In this document: piece after piece, positions 53,626 to 63,861 of the stretch
Position numbering within the stretch: the first letter of the stretch is position 1
Layout of the letters: each line of letters opens with the position of its first letter
Source: an uncultured Gemmataceae bacterium
Lineage (GTDB): Bacteria; Planctomycetota; Planctomycetia; Gemmatales; Gemmataceae
Assembly (NCBI GenBank): GCA_963750165.1
Contig: CAVVPN010000003.1
Span: 3,328,001 to 3,392,000 of the forward strand
Direction of reading: 5' to 3'
Length of the DNA stretch: 64,000 bases
Program-made: the position numbers and the translations under genes
Notes under the pieces: model-generated
The model's database searches: none
The model's input: only the letters and a program-made list of their open reading frames with translations
Told to the model about the DNA's origin: nothing

Positions 53626-55398
53626 ATGGCCTTAACCCAACAGCAAATCGAGCAGCAAAAGCAACAGGCGGAGGAGTTGCTGTTCGCCGGCCCGCAGACG
53701 TTGGGCTTCGCCAAAAGCCTGTTCTTCGGCCACTTCAACGCGCCGCTGCTGTTCCCCTACCCGCAACTGCCCGCGGCGGAACAGGCGGTCGTGGACGCGG
53801 CTGTCGCCGAGGTGCGCCGCTTCGCCGACGAGCACATCGACGCCGCCGCCATCGACCGCAACGCCGACATCCCGCCCGAGGTCGTTCACGGCCTCGCCGA
53901 GCTGGGCGTCCTCGGCATGACGGCACCGCGCGAGTACGGCGGCCGCGGCTTCTCGCAGATGGGCTACTGCAAGATCATGGAGGTCATCGGCGGCCACGAC
54001 AGCTCCACCGCCGTCTTCGTCAACGCGCACCACTCCATCGGCATTCGCGCCCTGCTGCTGTTTGGCACGCCGGAGCAGAAGGCAAAATGGCTGCCGGACC
54101 TGGTCAGCGGCAAGAAACTCGCGGCGTTCGCCCTGACCGAGCCGGAGGCCGGCTCCGACGCCGCCAACGTGCAGACCACCGCCACGCCCAGCGCCGACGG
54201 CAAGACGTTCCTGCTCAACGGCACCAAGCGCTACATCACCAACGGTGCCATCGCCCAGGTGTTGACCGTCATGGCGCGGACCCCCATCCCTGGGAGCAGC
54301 GAGACGAAGATCACCGCGTTTCTGGTGACGCCGGACATGCCCGGCTTCGAGGTGTTGGAAGCGCGGATGCCGAAGGTCGGCATTCGCGGCACCGCGACCG
54401 GCCGGCTGGCGTTCCATGACATGCCGGTGCCGGCGGAGAACATTTTGGGCCAGATGGGCAAGGGCCTGCGCGTGGCGTTGACGGTACTGGACTTCGGCCG
54501 CACCACCTTCGGCGCCAGCTGCACCGGCGCGGCCAGGATCTGCCTGCGTGCCGCCGTCAAGCACGCCAACCACCGCGAGCAGTTCAAGCAGAAGCTCGGC
54601 GACTTCGAGCTGGTCAAGAAGAAGATCGCCTACATGGCGGCGCACGCCTTCGCGATGGAGGCAACCACGACGCTGTGCGCGTCATTCATCGACCGCGGCG
54701 CCGAGGATTACATGCTGGAAACGGCCATGCTCAAGGTGTGGTCCACCGAGGCACTGTGGCAGATCGTCAACGACACCATTCAGATTTACGGCGGTCAGGC
54801 GTTCTTCACCGACGAGCCCTACGAGCGCATGATGCGTGACGCCCGGCTGAACCAGATCGGCGAGGGCGCTAACGACGTGCTGCGGGCGTTCATCGCCCTG
54901 GTGGGCCTGCGCGGCGTCGGCGAGCACTTGCAGGGCGTGCTGTCGGCGATCAAGCATCCGCTCAAGGGCCTGGGCACGCTCTGGCAGTTCGGCCGTGAAC
55001 AGGTGCAGTCGTGGCTGTCGGTGCCGGAGGTGCCGGTGCAGAGCGCCGCGCTGCGGCACGAGGCCCGCGAACTGGGCAAGCGCGTCCGCGACTTCGGCGC
55101 CGCCGTGCAGACGCTGCTGCGGCAGTATCGCGAGGCCGTGCTGGAACGGCAGTACCAGCAGGAGCGTGTCGCCGAGGCGGCTTGTGAACTGTATGCCTCC
55201 AGCTGCACGCTCAGCCGGCTCGACCACCTGCTGACGCACGGCAACGGCCACGCGCAGGAACTGGAACGCGACGTGAGCGCCGGCCGTTACTTCCTGCGAA
55301 TTTCCAACCGCCGCATTCAGCAGCAGCTGGCCGCACTGGCCGACAACGACGACGCCCAGACGACCCCGGCCGCTGACGTGGCGCTGAAGGGATATTGA
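53626..55398 (+). CDS. Acyl-CoA dehydrogenase (ACAD9/VLCAD-like)
   Basis: AFALTEPEAGSD, NGTKRYITNG, QIYGGQAF and IGEGANDVLR. Confidence 0.95.
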   Translation: MALTQQQIEQQKQQAEELLFAGPQTLGFAKSLFFGHFNAPLLFPYPQLPAAEQAVVDAAVAEVRRFADEHIDAAAIDRNADIPPEVVHGLAELGVLGMTAPREYGGRGFSQMGYCKIMEVIGGHDSSTAVFVNAHHSIGIRALLLFGTPEQKAKWLPDLVSGKKLAAFALTEPEAGSDAANVQTTATPSADGKTFLLNGTKRYITNGAIAQVLTVMARTPIPGSSETKITAFLVTPDMPGFEVLEARMPKVGIRGTATGRLAFHDMPVPAENILGQMGKGLRVALTVLDFGRTTFGASCTGAARICLRAAVKHANHREQFKQKLGDFELVKKKIAYMAAHAFAMEATTTLCASFIDRGAEDYMLETAMLKVWSTEALWQIVNDTIQIYGGQAFFTDEPYERMMRDARLNQIGEGANDVLRAFIALVGLRGVGEHLQGVLSAIKHPLKGLGTLWQFGREQVQSWLSVPEVPVQSAALRHEARELGKRVRDFGAAVQTLLRQYREAVLERQYQQERVAEAACELYASSCTLSRLDHLLTHGNGHAQELERDVSAGRYFLRISNRRIQQQLAALADNDDAQTTPAADVALKGY

Positions 55399-55400
55399 GA

Positions 55401-55454
55401 ATTGCAGATTGAAAGACAGCAGGGTTCTGGTCTTTCAATCTGCAATCTGCAATC
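55401..55454. terminator. Hairpin with heptamer repeats between convergent genes (possible bidirectional terminator)
   Basis: ATTGCAGATTGAAAGAC...GTCTTTCAATCTGCAATCTGCAATC. Confidence 0.6.
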
Positions 55455-55457
55455 GTA

Positions 55458-56096
55458 TTAGGCCAGGTGGACCGCGAGTGCCCGGCGGCGATGATACCAC
55501 CAGCCACCGCCGACCGTCACCAGGCCGAGGACCGCCAGCACGAATGCGGACGGCTCCGGCACCGACGAAACCGTGATGGTCGCCACAGCGCCGAGGCTGC
55601 CCACGGTGCCGGAGGTCGGGTTGCCCGGCGGCACGTACGGCCCCACTGTCACCGTGTAGGTGTGGTTGCCGATCGTCTGGGTCTGGGTCACCGGCGACGT
55701 GGGCGTCTCGACCAGTTGGGCGGAGCCCTGGGACAACGTGCCGTTAAACTGGCCGGAGAAGTACATCTGGTTGGACTTGCCCGACGCGAAGTCCGTGACG
55801 TACAGCGTCAGGGTGAAGCCCACGTTCTGAAAGACGGCCGGGTTCTTGGCGATGTCGGTGGTGGGCGAGGCCCAGGTGGTGATGTTGGTGGCGATCAGGG
55901 TCGTGTTGCCCTCCGCCTTGGCCGGCGACTCGTTGCTCAGGGTGATCTTCCCCAGCGTCGGGTCGTTGGTGGAATACAGGGTTGTCTTGTCGGGCGTGAA
56001 GTTAAACTCGGCGATGTAGTCGGCGCGGGCCAGGCTGCCCGTGCTCAGGCAGACGGCGACGGCGAGCGCGAACAGGCGCAACGCGGCGTATTTCAT
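55458..56096 (-). CDS. PEP-CTERM sorting domain protein
   Basis: Signal peptide; VPEPSAFVLAVLGL...WWYHRRR C-terminus. Confidence 0.93.
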   Translation of the reverse strand: MKYAALRLFALAVAVCLSTGSLARADYIAEFNFTPDKTTLYSTNDPTLGKITLSNESPAKAEGNTTLIATNITTWASPTTDIAKNPAVFQNVGFTLTLYVTDFASGKSNQMYFSGQFNGTLSQGSAQLVETPTSPVTQTQTIGNHTYTVTVGPYVPPGNPTSGTVGSLGAVATITVSSVPEPSAFVLAVLGLVTVGGGWWYHRRRALAVHLA

Positions 56097-56316
56097 ACAC
56101 CAGGCTCCTTTCCAATCCGTTGAGCGAGAGACCAGCAGCGGTTCAGTTTTGACAGCCGACGCCCGGCTGCCGCACACCCAATCACGACCAGACAACGCCG
56201 GCCTGCGCCGCGGGCCGCGGGCCGCCGGGACCGTTTCCCGAAAGCGGGCGGCATACTAAGGCAGTTGGCTCGGAGTGTCAAGCCAGACTAAAAACGGCGG
56301 TGCGTCTCTGGAATTT

Positions 56317-56387
56317 GGCGCGCGGCGCGGCGTCAGCCCGCCGGTGCTCCGTAGTACCGGCGGGCTGACGCCGCGCCGCGCCGCGCC
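56317..56387. repeat. REP-like palindrome, family A
   Basis: Matches 6381-6448. Confidence 0.88.
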
Positions 56388-56391
56388 AGGG

Positions 56392-57492
56392 TCACTTCAG
56401 CGAAATCACATGGTTGCTGAGGCGCTCGAAGCCCGCGTCGGTGACCAGGTAATTGTTCTCGATTCGCAGGCCGCCAACGTGGGGCACGTACAGCCCCGGC
56501 TCCAGCGTCACCACGTCGCCGGCCAGCAGCGCTCGCTCGGAGTGCCGCACAAAAAACGGCGATTCCGGGTGCATCAGCCCCAGGCCGTGGCCGGCGTGGT
56601 GCGGGAAATACTCCGCCATGCCCGCCTGTTCAAAGACGCCGCGCACCGCGTCATACACTTCCTGGCACGCCGTCTCGGCCCGCAGTTGTGCCTCGCCGGC
56701 CGCCATCGCCGCGGTACACAGCTCGAACAGCCGGTGCTGCTCCGCGGTCGGGGCGCCGCCGACGACCAGCGTGTTCGTGAAGTCGCTGCGGTAGCCGCCG
56801 ATCACCACGGAATAATCCAGGATGAACATGTCACCGGACTGCAAGACGCGTTGCGTCGGCGGGCCGCCGCGCCGTGCCGGCCCCGTGCATACCGCGAAGT
56901 CGCCGTAGACGATGACCGGGTGCCCCGCCGCCGCCGTGCAGGCGCTCTGGACACCGCGGTACACGTCCAGTTCCGTCATGCCGCCATGCACGTGCGTCCG
57001 CGCCCAGGCGTGGCCCGCGTCGGTCGCATGCATGCAGCGGCGCAGCAGGTCGATTTCATCGGCGTCCTTTTGCCGCCGCAGGTGGGTCAACACCTCGGTG
57101 ATGAGCCGGCCGATTTCCCTACCGGGGTAGTCGTCCGCGACAAACGTACCGGCCTCCATCAGGGCGCAAACCTCGTCGTTCAGAGCCAGTTGTCGAGGCT
57201 CGTGGCCGGGCGATTGGCCGTCGTACCAGTTCACCACCTCGCGCACATCCACGTGCGCCTCCTTCACGGAGGCCGGCAGGCGGTTGTCGTGGATGAGCGT
57301 GGCATGGCCGTCGCGGCGCAGCAACAGGTAGCCGCCAAAGCCGCCGCCCAGGCTGAACGGATCGACGTAAAAATTCGCCAGGTACATCAGGTGGATGGGT
57401 TGGCCGATCAGGACGCGGTCCTCGGTGAGGAACGACGCCTCCTGCCAGAAGCGTTGGCGGCGCTGGTGGCAACCCTCGGCGCTGAGGAGCAT
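56392..57492 (-). CDS. Xaa-Pro peptidase family (M24)
   Basis: YRSDFTNT, HHAGHGLGLMHPE, LEPGLY and GLRIEN. Confidence 0.93.
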   Translation of the reverse strand: MLLSAEGCHQRRQRFWQEASFLTEDRVLIGQPIHLMYLANFYVDPFSLGGGFGGYLLLRRDGHATLIHDNRLPASVKEAHVDVREVVNWYDGQSPGHEPRQLALNDEVCALMEAGTFVADDYPGREIGRLITEVLTHLRRQKDADEIDLLRRCMHATDAGHAWARTHVHGGMTELDVYRGVQSACTAAAGHPVIVYGDFAVCTGPARRGGPPTQRVLQSGDMFILDYSVVIGGYRSDFTNTLVVGGAPTAEQHRLFELCTAAMAAGEAQLRAETACQEVYDAVRGVFEQAGMAEYFPHHAGHGLGLMHPESPFFVRHSERALLAGDVVTLEPGLYVPHVGGLRIENNYLVTDAGFERLSNHVISLK

Positions 57493-57611
57493 GTTGTGCA
57501 GACCTCCGAAAAGCGGTTGCGTCGGTGGGGACGCGGTCCCGATGTGGAAACCCGGCGTCGCCTCTTATAGAACACTACCATGCCGACGGTCCCGACGACA
57601 GGGGAGGGCTC

Positions 57612-58331
57612 GTGTCCCTAGCGCTACTGGACAAGCGGGAAACCCGCATTCGACGCATGTTCGATAACATCGCGCCGAGTTACGACCTGCTCAACCACCT
57701 GTTGAGCCTGAACATCGACCACTACTGGCGCTGGCGGACCACCCGGCTAGCGCCGCCGACAGGCGACGGCCCCATCCTCGACCTGTGTACAGGGACCGGC
57801 GACCTGGCGCTGGCCTACGACCGCGCCGCCGCTGGCCGGGTGCCCATCATCGGAGCGGATTTTTCGTCGGCAATGCTGGCGCGGGCGGCCGTCAAGGTGC
57901 GGCAGCGGCGGGCGGTCGGGCGCATCCGCTTGCTGGAAGCGGATGCTCAGCGGCTGCCGTTCCCGGACGACACGTTTCAGATCACGACGGTGGCGTTCGG
58001 TCTGCGCAACGTCACCGACACCGACCGCGGCCTGGCGGAGATGGTGCGGGTGACACGGCCTGGCGGCCGGGTGGCGATCCTGGAGTTCGCGCGGCCGCGC
58101 GGCCGGCTGCTGGGACGGTTGTATCAGTTCTACTTCCGCCGGGTGCTGCCGGTCATCGGCCAGACAATCTCGCGCAGCAAGGACAATGCGTATCGCTATC
58201 TGCCGGCCAGCGTGCAGGAGTTCCCCGACGGCGAGGTGCTGGCGGAGCGACTGCGGCGGCACCGGCTGCGCGACGTGCGCTGGTGGCCGCTGACGTTCGG
58301 GGCGGCGGCGGTGTACGTTGGGGTGAAATAA
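57612..58331 (+). CDS. ubiE: Demethylmenaquinone/ubiquinone methyltransferase
   Basis: MFDNIAPSYDLLNHLLS, LDLCTGTGD, AFGLRNV and AYRYLPASV. Confidence 0.93.
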   Translation: MSLALLDKRETRIRRMFDNIAPSYDLLNHLLSLNIDHYWRWRTTRLAPPTGDGPILDLCTGTGDLALAYDRAAAGRVPIIGADFSSAMLARAAVKVRQRRAVGRIRLLEADAQRLPFPDDTFQITTVAFGLRNVTDTDRGLAEMVRVTRPGGRVAILEFARPRGRLLGRLYQFYFRRVLPVIGQTISRSKDNAYRYLPASVQEFPDGEVLAERLRRHRLRDVRWWPLTFGAAAVYVGVK

Positions 58332-58408
58332 TTGCGGCACGGCGGTCGCCGGCTGGGTATGATGCTGGTTGGTATGGAGGCAACTTTTCCCCAACGGGAG
58401 ACCATCCC

Positions 58409-58909
58409 ATGAACGCGCTCCGAGTCTCCGCGCCGGCAACGGTGGTTATCGGCCTGATCGCCGTGGCCCTGTCCACGAGCCCGCTGCGGGCACAGCCCCC
58501 GGGCCAAACCCTCCCCCTCAAAGCGCAGGCGGCGCTGGCGGAAAAGCAGGTCGCCATCAAGCGCACCGCCGTCAAGATCGCCGACGTGTACCGGGTCATC
58601 GCCGAGGCCAAGCTGAAGGCGCTGAAGGCCAGGGCGGACGCCGCCAGGGCGCAGGTCGCGATCGCCAAACTCCATCTGGAGAACACGGAGCAGCTGCAGA
58701 AGCAGGCCATCGTCTCTGCGCGTGAGGTCCAGGAGTTTCGGGCCAAGCTTAACGTGGCCAGCGCCGCGGCGGTGGACGCCGAATCCCAGGTCGAGGTCGG
58801 CGCCGCGGAGGTCCTGCTGGAGACCGCCCGCCGCGAGTTGGCACAGGCAGAACTGGCGGAGGCGGAACTGCGCCTCCAGCTGCTGCAAGACCAGGCGAAG
58901 GCGAAATAA
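58409..58909 (+). CDS. Secreted all-helical coiled-coil protein (efflux adaptor hairpin-like)
   Basis: Signal peptide; Ala-rich heptads; LQKQAIVSAREV turn resembling membrane-fusion-protein hairpins. Confidence 0.65.
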   Translation: MNALRVSAPATVVIGLIAVALSTSPLRAQPPGQTLPLKAQAALAEKQVAIKRTAVKIADVYRVIAEAKLKALKARADAARAQVAIAKLHLENTEQLQKQAIVSAREVQEFRAKLNVASAAAVDAESQVEVGAAEVLLETARRELAQAELAEAELRLQLLQDQAKAK

Positions 58910-58943
58910 CCGTGAGCCCCAACCAGGCGGAGGCGGGAAACCC

Positions 58944-59699
58944 ATGCGCAACCAATGGCGCTGTGCGGTGTGTGCGTTAGTGTTCGCCGGGTGGCTGACC
59001 GGCTCGTCCGCACAGGGGCAGCAACCTGCCACGGTTGTCGTCCGCTCCGTGAAGCCCATGGGCGACGGGAAGGCCATGTCGCGCGCCTGGATCATGCCCC
59101 ACGGACTGACTTGGGAGGACTACGAGCGCATCAAAAAACTCGACGGGGTGGTCGGCGTGCTGCCGCTGCGCATCTTTCCGCAGGAAGTACACCACGAAGC
59201 CAAAGCGAGCAACGCCCGTCTCGTCGCCACCACGGAGGGCTACGCGAAATTCCATGACGTGCCGCTGGCCGCCGGCCGGTTCCTCAACCAGATGGACGAG
59301 GGCGACGACCAGCGCATCCGCACCGTGGTCGTGCTCGGGGTGCAGCTGGCAGCGGAGTTGTTTCCCAAGGGGAATGCCGTCGGCCAATCCATCATGCTGA
59401 ACAAGGAACAGTATGTCGTGGTGGGCGTCGTCCGCAACCGCCTGCCGCGCAAGCCCGGCGCCAACCAACTGGCCGAGGACTACAACCGCGACGTGTACAT
59501 GCCCATCAAGACGTGCCAGGTACGCTACGGCGATAAAATCACCATCCGCCAGGGCGGCGCCAGAACCGGGGAACAGGTGCAGCTGCACCAAATCCTCGTC
59601 AACGTTCGCCAGGGACGGGCGGAGGCCGTGGCTAAAGTGGCCCGCGAACTGCTGGGCAAACATCACAATAAAAAGGACTGGGACGTGTCCGTGCGTTAA
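58944..59699 (+). CDS. Stand-alone MacB-like periplasmic core domain protein
   Basis: GLTWEDYERI, GRFL..D....VVVLG.QLAAELFP..NAVGQ and VYMPI; no FtsX TM domain. Confidence 0.75.
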   Translation: MRNQWRCAVCALVFAGWLTGSSAQGQQPATVVVRSVKPMGDGKAMSRAWIMPHGLTWEDYERIKKLDGVVGVLPLRIFPQEVHHEAKASNARLVATTEGYAKFHDVPLAAGRFLNQMDEGDDQRIRTVVVLGVQLAAELFPKGNAVGQSIMLNKEQYVVVGVVRNRLPRKPGANQLAEDYNRDVYMPIKTCQVRYGDKITIRQGGARTGEQVQLHQILVNVRQGRAEAVAKVARELLGKHHNKKDWDVSVR

Positions 59700-59740
59700 C
59701 GTGTCACTCCGATCTCGATTCCTTTCCCCAAGGAGAGCCC

Positions 59741-60736
59741 ATGTTCCGACGACTCGCAACGTTCGCTCTGGTGGCGGGCTGTCTACCGCTGCTGACCGGC
59801 TGCATCGACATGACGCAGACCATCACCCTGAACCCGGACGGCAAGGGCAAGGTGGTGTACGACGCCACCGTCTCGCCCCTGCTGGCGGGCGGCGGCCTGC
59901 TGAAGATGGGCGGGCCCAACGCCAAGGAGAAGACGCCGGAGGAAATGCTTCAGGAATTCGCCAAGGGCATGCTGGAGAAAAAGGGCGTGACGGCCTGGAA
60001 GGACGTGTCGGTCAAGTGGACCAACGAGGGCAAGCTGCACTTCGTCGGCACCGCCTACTTCGAGAACCTCGACGACCTGGAAGGGGTCGGCGGTGACAAC
60101 AAGCCTGGCGGCGGCGGCCCTCCCGGAGGCGGCCAGTCGGTCGGGCAGTTCACGATCACGAAGGAGAAAAATATCTGGAAGATCACGGGCAAGAAGGCCG
60201 GGAACCCGGTCGGCCCGGTCATCAACCCGAACCCCAACCCCAACCAGCCGATGTTCGATCCGACCAAGGCGACGCCCAAGGAGTGGGACGACATGGTGCT
60301 GAAAATGCGCATCGGCTACCAGTCGATGAAGCCGTTCCTGGTCATGATGCTGAGCGACCTGAAGGTGAAAACGGTGTACCGGCTGCCCGGTGAGGTGACG
60401 GAGGCCAAGGGTTTCAAGAAGGCGGGCGCCGGGGTGGTGGCGCACACGATGGACGGTGAAAAGATCATGGAGGGCTTCAAGAAGTTCATGACGCAGGACG
60501 CCGTCGCCTGGAAGCGGATGATGCAACAGATGAATAACCAGCCGGTCAACCCGCAAGTGCTGATGGAGAAATTGGGGTTCCCGGCGGAAATGATGGAGCC
60601 GAGCCTGACGCTGCGCGTGGAGGGCAAGGATCAGTTCGACTACGCCAAGGAGGTGCAGGGGGCCCGGACGCAGTACCCGCGGCTGCGCGAACAGCTGAAG
60701 CTGGACGCCGGCGTGAAACTGCCTGGGGAGCAGTAA
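59741..60736 (+). CDS. Hypothetical lipoprotein
   Basis: Lipobox LTGC followed by ITLNPDGKGK. Confidence 0.85.
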   Translation: MFRRLATFALVAGCLPLLTGCIDMTQTITLNPDGKGKVVYDATVSPLLAGGGLLKMGGPNAKEKTPEEMLQEFAKGMLEKKGVTAWKDVSVKWTNEGKLHFVGTAYFENLDDLEGVGGDNKPGGGGPPGGGQSVGQFTITKEKNIWKITGKKAGNPVGPVINPNPNPNQPMFDPTKATPKEWDDMVLKMRIGYQSMKPFLVMMLSDLKVKTVYRLPGEVTEAKGFKKAGAGVVAHTMDGEKIMEGFKKFMTQDAVAWKRMMQQMNNQPVNPQVLMEKLGFPAEMMEPSLTLRVEGKDQFDYAKEVQGARTQYPRLREQLKLDAGVKLPGEQ

Positions 60737-60745
60737 CCCAACGGG

Positions 60746-60814
60746 CCGGCGAGCGGGGACGCGTCAGCGCCCCGTGACGGGAGCACGGGGCGCTGACGCG
60801 ACCCCGCTCGCCGG
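60746..60814. repeat. REP-like palindrome, diverged family A
   Basis: CCGGCGAGCGGGG.CGCGTCAGCGCCCCGTG...CACGGGGCGCTGACGCG.CCCCGCTCGCCGG. Confidence 0.8.
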
Positions 60815-60826
60815 AGGAGGGCGGTC

Positions 60827-61078
60827 ATGACCCAGGTGAAAGCGGTCGCCGACTGGATGGCGGAACGCGGCCTGACGCTGGCCCAGCTGGTCACGGCGGC
60901 GGCGCTGGACGAGCGCGTCGTCACGGCCATCGCCCAGGGCCGCTACACCCCCAGCCCGGAGCAGCGCCGCCGTCTGGCCGCGGCCCTGGGGGTGAGTCCC
61001 GAACAGGTGGCGTGGGGCCATCAGGTGGAGGTGGCGCACGTGTACGGCCACGGCCCACAATTCGGCCGCAGCCCATGA
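60827..61078 (+). CDS. XRE-type HTH protein (paralog 1)
   Basis: RGLTLAQLV...AIAQGRYTPS...LAAALGVS; GGAGG RBS. Confidence 0.85.
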   Translation: MTQVKAVADWMAERGLTLAQLVTAAALDERVVTAIAQGRYTPSPEQRRRLAAALGVSPEQVAWGHQVEVAHVYGHGPQFGRSP

Positions 61079-61088
61079 GGATGAAGCG

Positions 61089-61328
61089 ATGGCAGACACA
61101 CTCCGAAGCGTCGATCAGCTGTGCGTCGAGCACGGCCTGGACGCGCGCCAGTTGGCGGAGCGCGCCGGGCTGGACGAGCAGCGCGTCGCGGCCATCGTGC
61201 TGGGCCGCTGGACGCCGAGCCCGCAGGAGCGCGACGCCATCGCCGGCGTGTTCGGCCTGACGCGCGACCAGATTATTTGGGGGCACAAGACGCCCATTCA
61301 GCACCTGTACGGACAGGGGCCGGCGTGA
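61089..61328 (+). CDS. XRE-type HTH protein (paralog 2)
   Basis: QLAERAGLDE..VAAIVLGRWTPSP; similar to 60827..61078. Confidence 0.85.
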   Translation: MADTLRSVDQLCVEHGLDARQLAERAGLDEQRVAAIVLGRWTPSPQERDAIAGVFGLTRDQIIWGHKTPIQHLYGQGPA

Positions 61329-61356
61329 GGGGCCGGGATCGGAAACGGACGGAGCA

Positions 61357-62370
61357 GTGATGGAGACGGATCAAGAACATTTGCTCATCCGCGCCACCCG
61401 CGGTGAATCCGTGGAGCGGCCGCCGGTGTGGGCCATGCGCCAGGCCGGCCGCTGGGATCCTGAGTTCAACCGCGTCCGCGCCGGACTGCCGTTCTACGAG
61501 TTCTCCGAAAACGTCGAGTTGGCCGCCGAGGCGTCACTGCTGCCGCGGCGCTTCGGTGTCGATGCGATCATCCTCTTTTACGACATCACCACGCTGACCG
61601 TGGCGATGGGCCAGCCGTTCACGCTGCGGCCTGCCATCGGCCCGGTGCCGGACTGGCCGGTGCGCGCGCTGACCGACGTGGACCGCCTCGCCGTGGAACC
61701 CGACCCCGAGCGCTTCCGCCACGTCCGCGACCTGCTCCAGCAGGTCCGCGCCGCACTGCACGGCGAACTGCCGGTGATCGTCTTCGCCGGGGCGCCGTTC
61801 ACCCTGGCGACCTACAGCATCGGCACCGGCAAGAACCTCGCCGCCACGCGCCGCTTCGCCGCCGAGCAACCGCTCGTCTGGGGCCGCCTGCTCGACAAGT
61901 TGACCACCGCAACCGTTCACTTCCTGCGTGTCCTGGTGCGCGAGGGCGCCCAGGTGTATCAGCTCTTCGACTCCTGGGCGGGCATGCTGGCGCCGGAAGA
62001 GTACCAGCGCTGGGCGCAACCGCAGCACACGGCCGTCTTCGCCGGCGTGACCGGTGTGCCGCGCATCCTGTTCGTCAAGGAGTGTCCCTACCTCGATCGC
62101 ATGACGCAAACCGGCGCCGACGTGATTAGCCTCGGCGTGACGCACGACCTGGCGGCGGCCCGGCAGCAGTATCCGCGGCTGTCGTTCCAGGGCAACGTCG
62201 ATGAGGCACTGCTGCGCACGGGCACACCGGAGCAGGTGGCGGAGGCGACGCGGCGCTGCGTTCTGCAGGGCGGCGGCCGGCGCCACATCGTCAACCTCAG
62301 CCACGGCCTCGACCGGGCCACGCCGGTCGCCAACTTCGAGGCGTATGTGCGCGCCGCCCGCGGCGGCTGA
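61357..62370 (+). CDS. hemE: Uroporphyrinogen decarboxylase
   Basis: PVWAMRQAGR, FAGAPFTLATY, QLFDSWAG, QGNVD and NLSHG. Confidence 0.93.
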   Translation: MMETDQEHLLIRATRGESVERPPVWAMRQAGRWDPEFNRVRAGLPFYEFSENVELAAEASLLPRRFGVDAIILFYDITTLTVAMGQPFTLRPAIGPVPDWPVRALTDVDRLAVEPDPERFRHVRDLLQQVRAALHGELPVIVFAGAPFTLATYSIGTGKNLAATRRFAAEQPLVWGRLLDKLTTATVHFLRVLVREGAQVYQLFDSWAGMLAPEEYQRWAQPQHTAVFAGVTGVPRILFVKECPYLDRMTQTGADVISLGVTHDLAAARQQYPRLSFQGNVDEALLRTGTPEQVAEATRRCVLQGGGRRHIVNLSHGLDRATPVANFEAYVRAARGG

Positions 62371-62387
62371 GAGCCAGGCGTCGAAGA

Positions 62388-62525
62388 GGAACTACGGATC
62401 ACACGGATCACACGGATAAAGGACACCGAGCGATGGGTTCCCTGGGGAGCCCAGAAAATGCTCATCCTCTCTGGCTCCTTCTATTCATCTTTTTAATCCG
62501 TGTTGTCCGTGTGATCCGTGGTTCC
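62388..62525. repeat. Intergenic hairpin with 9-nt periodic arms (CACGGATCA)
   Basis: GGAACTACGGATCACACGGATCACACGGAT...ATCCGTGTTGTCCGTGTGATCCGTGGTTCC. Confidence 0.85.
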
Positions 62526-62556
62526 TGTTTTCGCTTCGCTTGAAAGGGGTGGCGAG

Positions 62557-63861
62557 GTGCTGAACAAGCCGGGGGCGGGGCCGCCGCGGGTGCTGTGCGA
62601 GGCGCGCGGCGTCTGGCACGAATTCAAGCTGCCGCACGGCAAGCCGCTGTGCGTGCTGGAGGACGTGAACGTCACCGTCCGCGCCGACGAGGTGGTGGCG
62701 CTGCTGGGCCCGTCGGGCTGCGGCAAATCGACCATCCTGCGCATCCTGGCCGGACTGATCCGGCCGACGCGCGGCGAGGTGCTGTACCACGGTCAACCGC
62801 TGACGGGCCTGAACCCGGGCACGGCGGTGGTGTTCCAGAGTTTCGCGCTGCTGCCGTGGATGACGGTGGCGGAAAACGTCGAGGCGGTGCTGCGGGCGGC
62901 GGGGGTGGCACCGGCGGCGGAGCAGGCGCAGCGGGCGATCAACCTGGTGGGGCTGGGCGGCTTCGAGGCGTCGTATCCGCGCGAACTGTCCGGTGGCATG
63001 AAGCAGCGCGTCGGCATGGCGCGGGCGCTGGCGGTGGACCCGGAAATCCTGCTCATGGACGAACCGTTCAGCCAGGTGGACGCGCTCACCGCGGAGAGCC
63101 TGCGAGCGGAGGTGCTCGACATCTGGGGCACCGTCGGCCGCAATCCCTCCGCGATTTTACTGGTCAGCCACGACATCAAGGAAGTGGCGTTCATGGCCGA
63201 CCGCATCGTCATCCTGAGCGCCAACCCCGGCCGCGTCCGCACGGTCGTCGAGAACCCGCTGCCGCGGCCGCGCGACTACCGCTCGCCGCAACTGCTCGCG
63301 CTGGTCGATCACCTGCACGAGATCATCACCGGCCACGAACTGCCCGATCAGCCGCCCACCGCACCGGCAGAGTTTGAGGCGCTGCCCGAGGCGGGGGTCG
63401 GCGAGATCATCGGCCTGCTGGAATACCTGGACGCCCGCAGCGGCCGCGAGAACGTCTTCCGCATCGCCGCGGAACTGCACCGGCCGTTCGGCGGCATGAT
63501 CGCCGTGGCCAAGGCCGCCGAGATGCTGGATTTCGTGGACACGCCGCGGCAGCTGGTGGTGCTGGACCCGCCGGGCCAGCGCTTCGTGCGGGCGGCGCCG
63601 GAGGAGCGGCCGGCGCTGTGGCGCGAGCAACTGCTGCGTCTGCGGCTGTTCCGCGAACTGCACGAGGCGCTGAAGCGAGAGGGTGACGAGGGGCTGACAC
63701 GGCACTTCGTGCTGGAGACGATCATCCTGCGACTACCGCAGGAGAATTACGAGCGGACGTTTGAGACGCTGGTCCGCTGGGGGCGCTACGGCGAGTTGTT
63801 CGTCTACGATGAGGCGACGGAGCGCCTGACGCTGTCGAAGGAGGGGGCCGCGGTTGTGTGA
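62557..63861 (+). CDS. Nitrate/sulfonate/bicarbonate ABC transporter ATP-binding protein with C-terminal AAA-associated domain
   Basis: [24 protein letters not shown] and SHD; C-terminal [11 protein letters not shown]. Confidence 0.93.
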   Translation: MLNKPGAGPPRVLCEARGVWHEFKLPHGKPLCVLEDVNVTVRADEVVALLGPSGCGKSTILRILAGLIRPTRGEVLYHGQPLTGLNPGTAVVFQSFALLPWMTVAENVEAVLRAAGVAPAAEQAQRAINLVGLGGFEASYPRELSGGMKQRVGMARALAVDPEILLMDEPFSQVDALTAESLRAEVLDIWGTVGRNPSAILLVSHDIKEVAFMADRIVILSANPGRVRTVVENPLPRPRDYRSPQLLALVDHLHEIITGHELPDQPPTAPAEFEALPEAGVGEIIGLLEYLDARSGRENVFRIAAELHRPFGGMIAVAKAAEMLDFVDTPRQLVVLDPPGQRFVRAAPEERPALWREQLLRLRLFRELHEALKREGDEGLTRHFVLETIILRLPQENYERTFETLVRWGRYGELFVYDEATERLTLSKEGAAVV

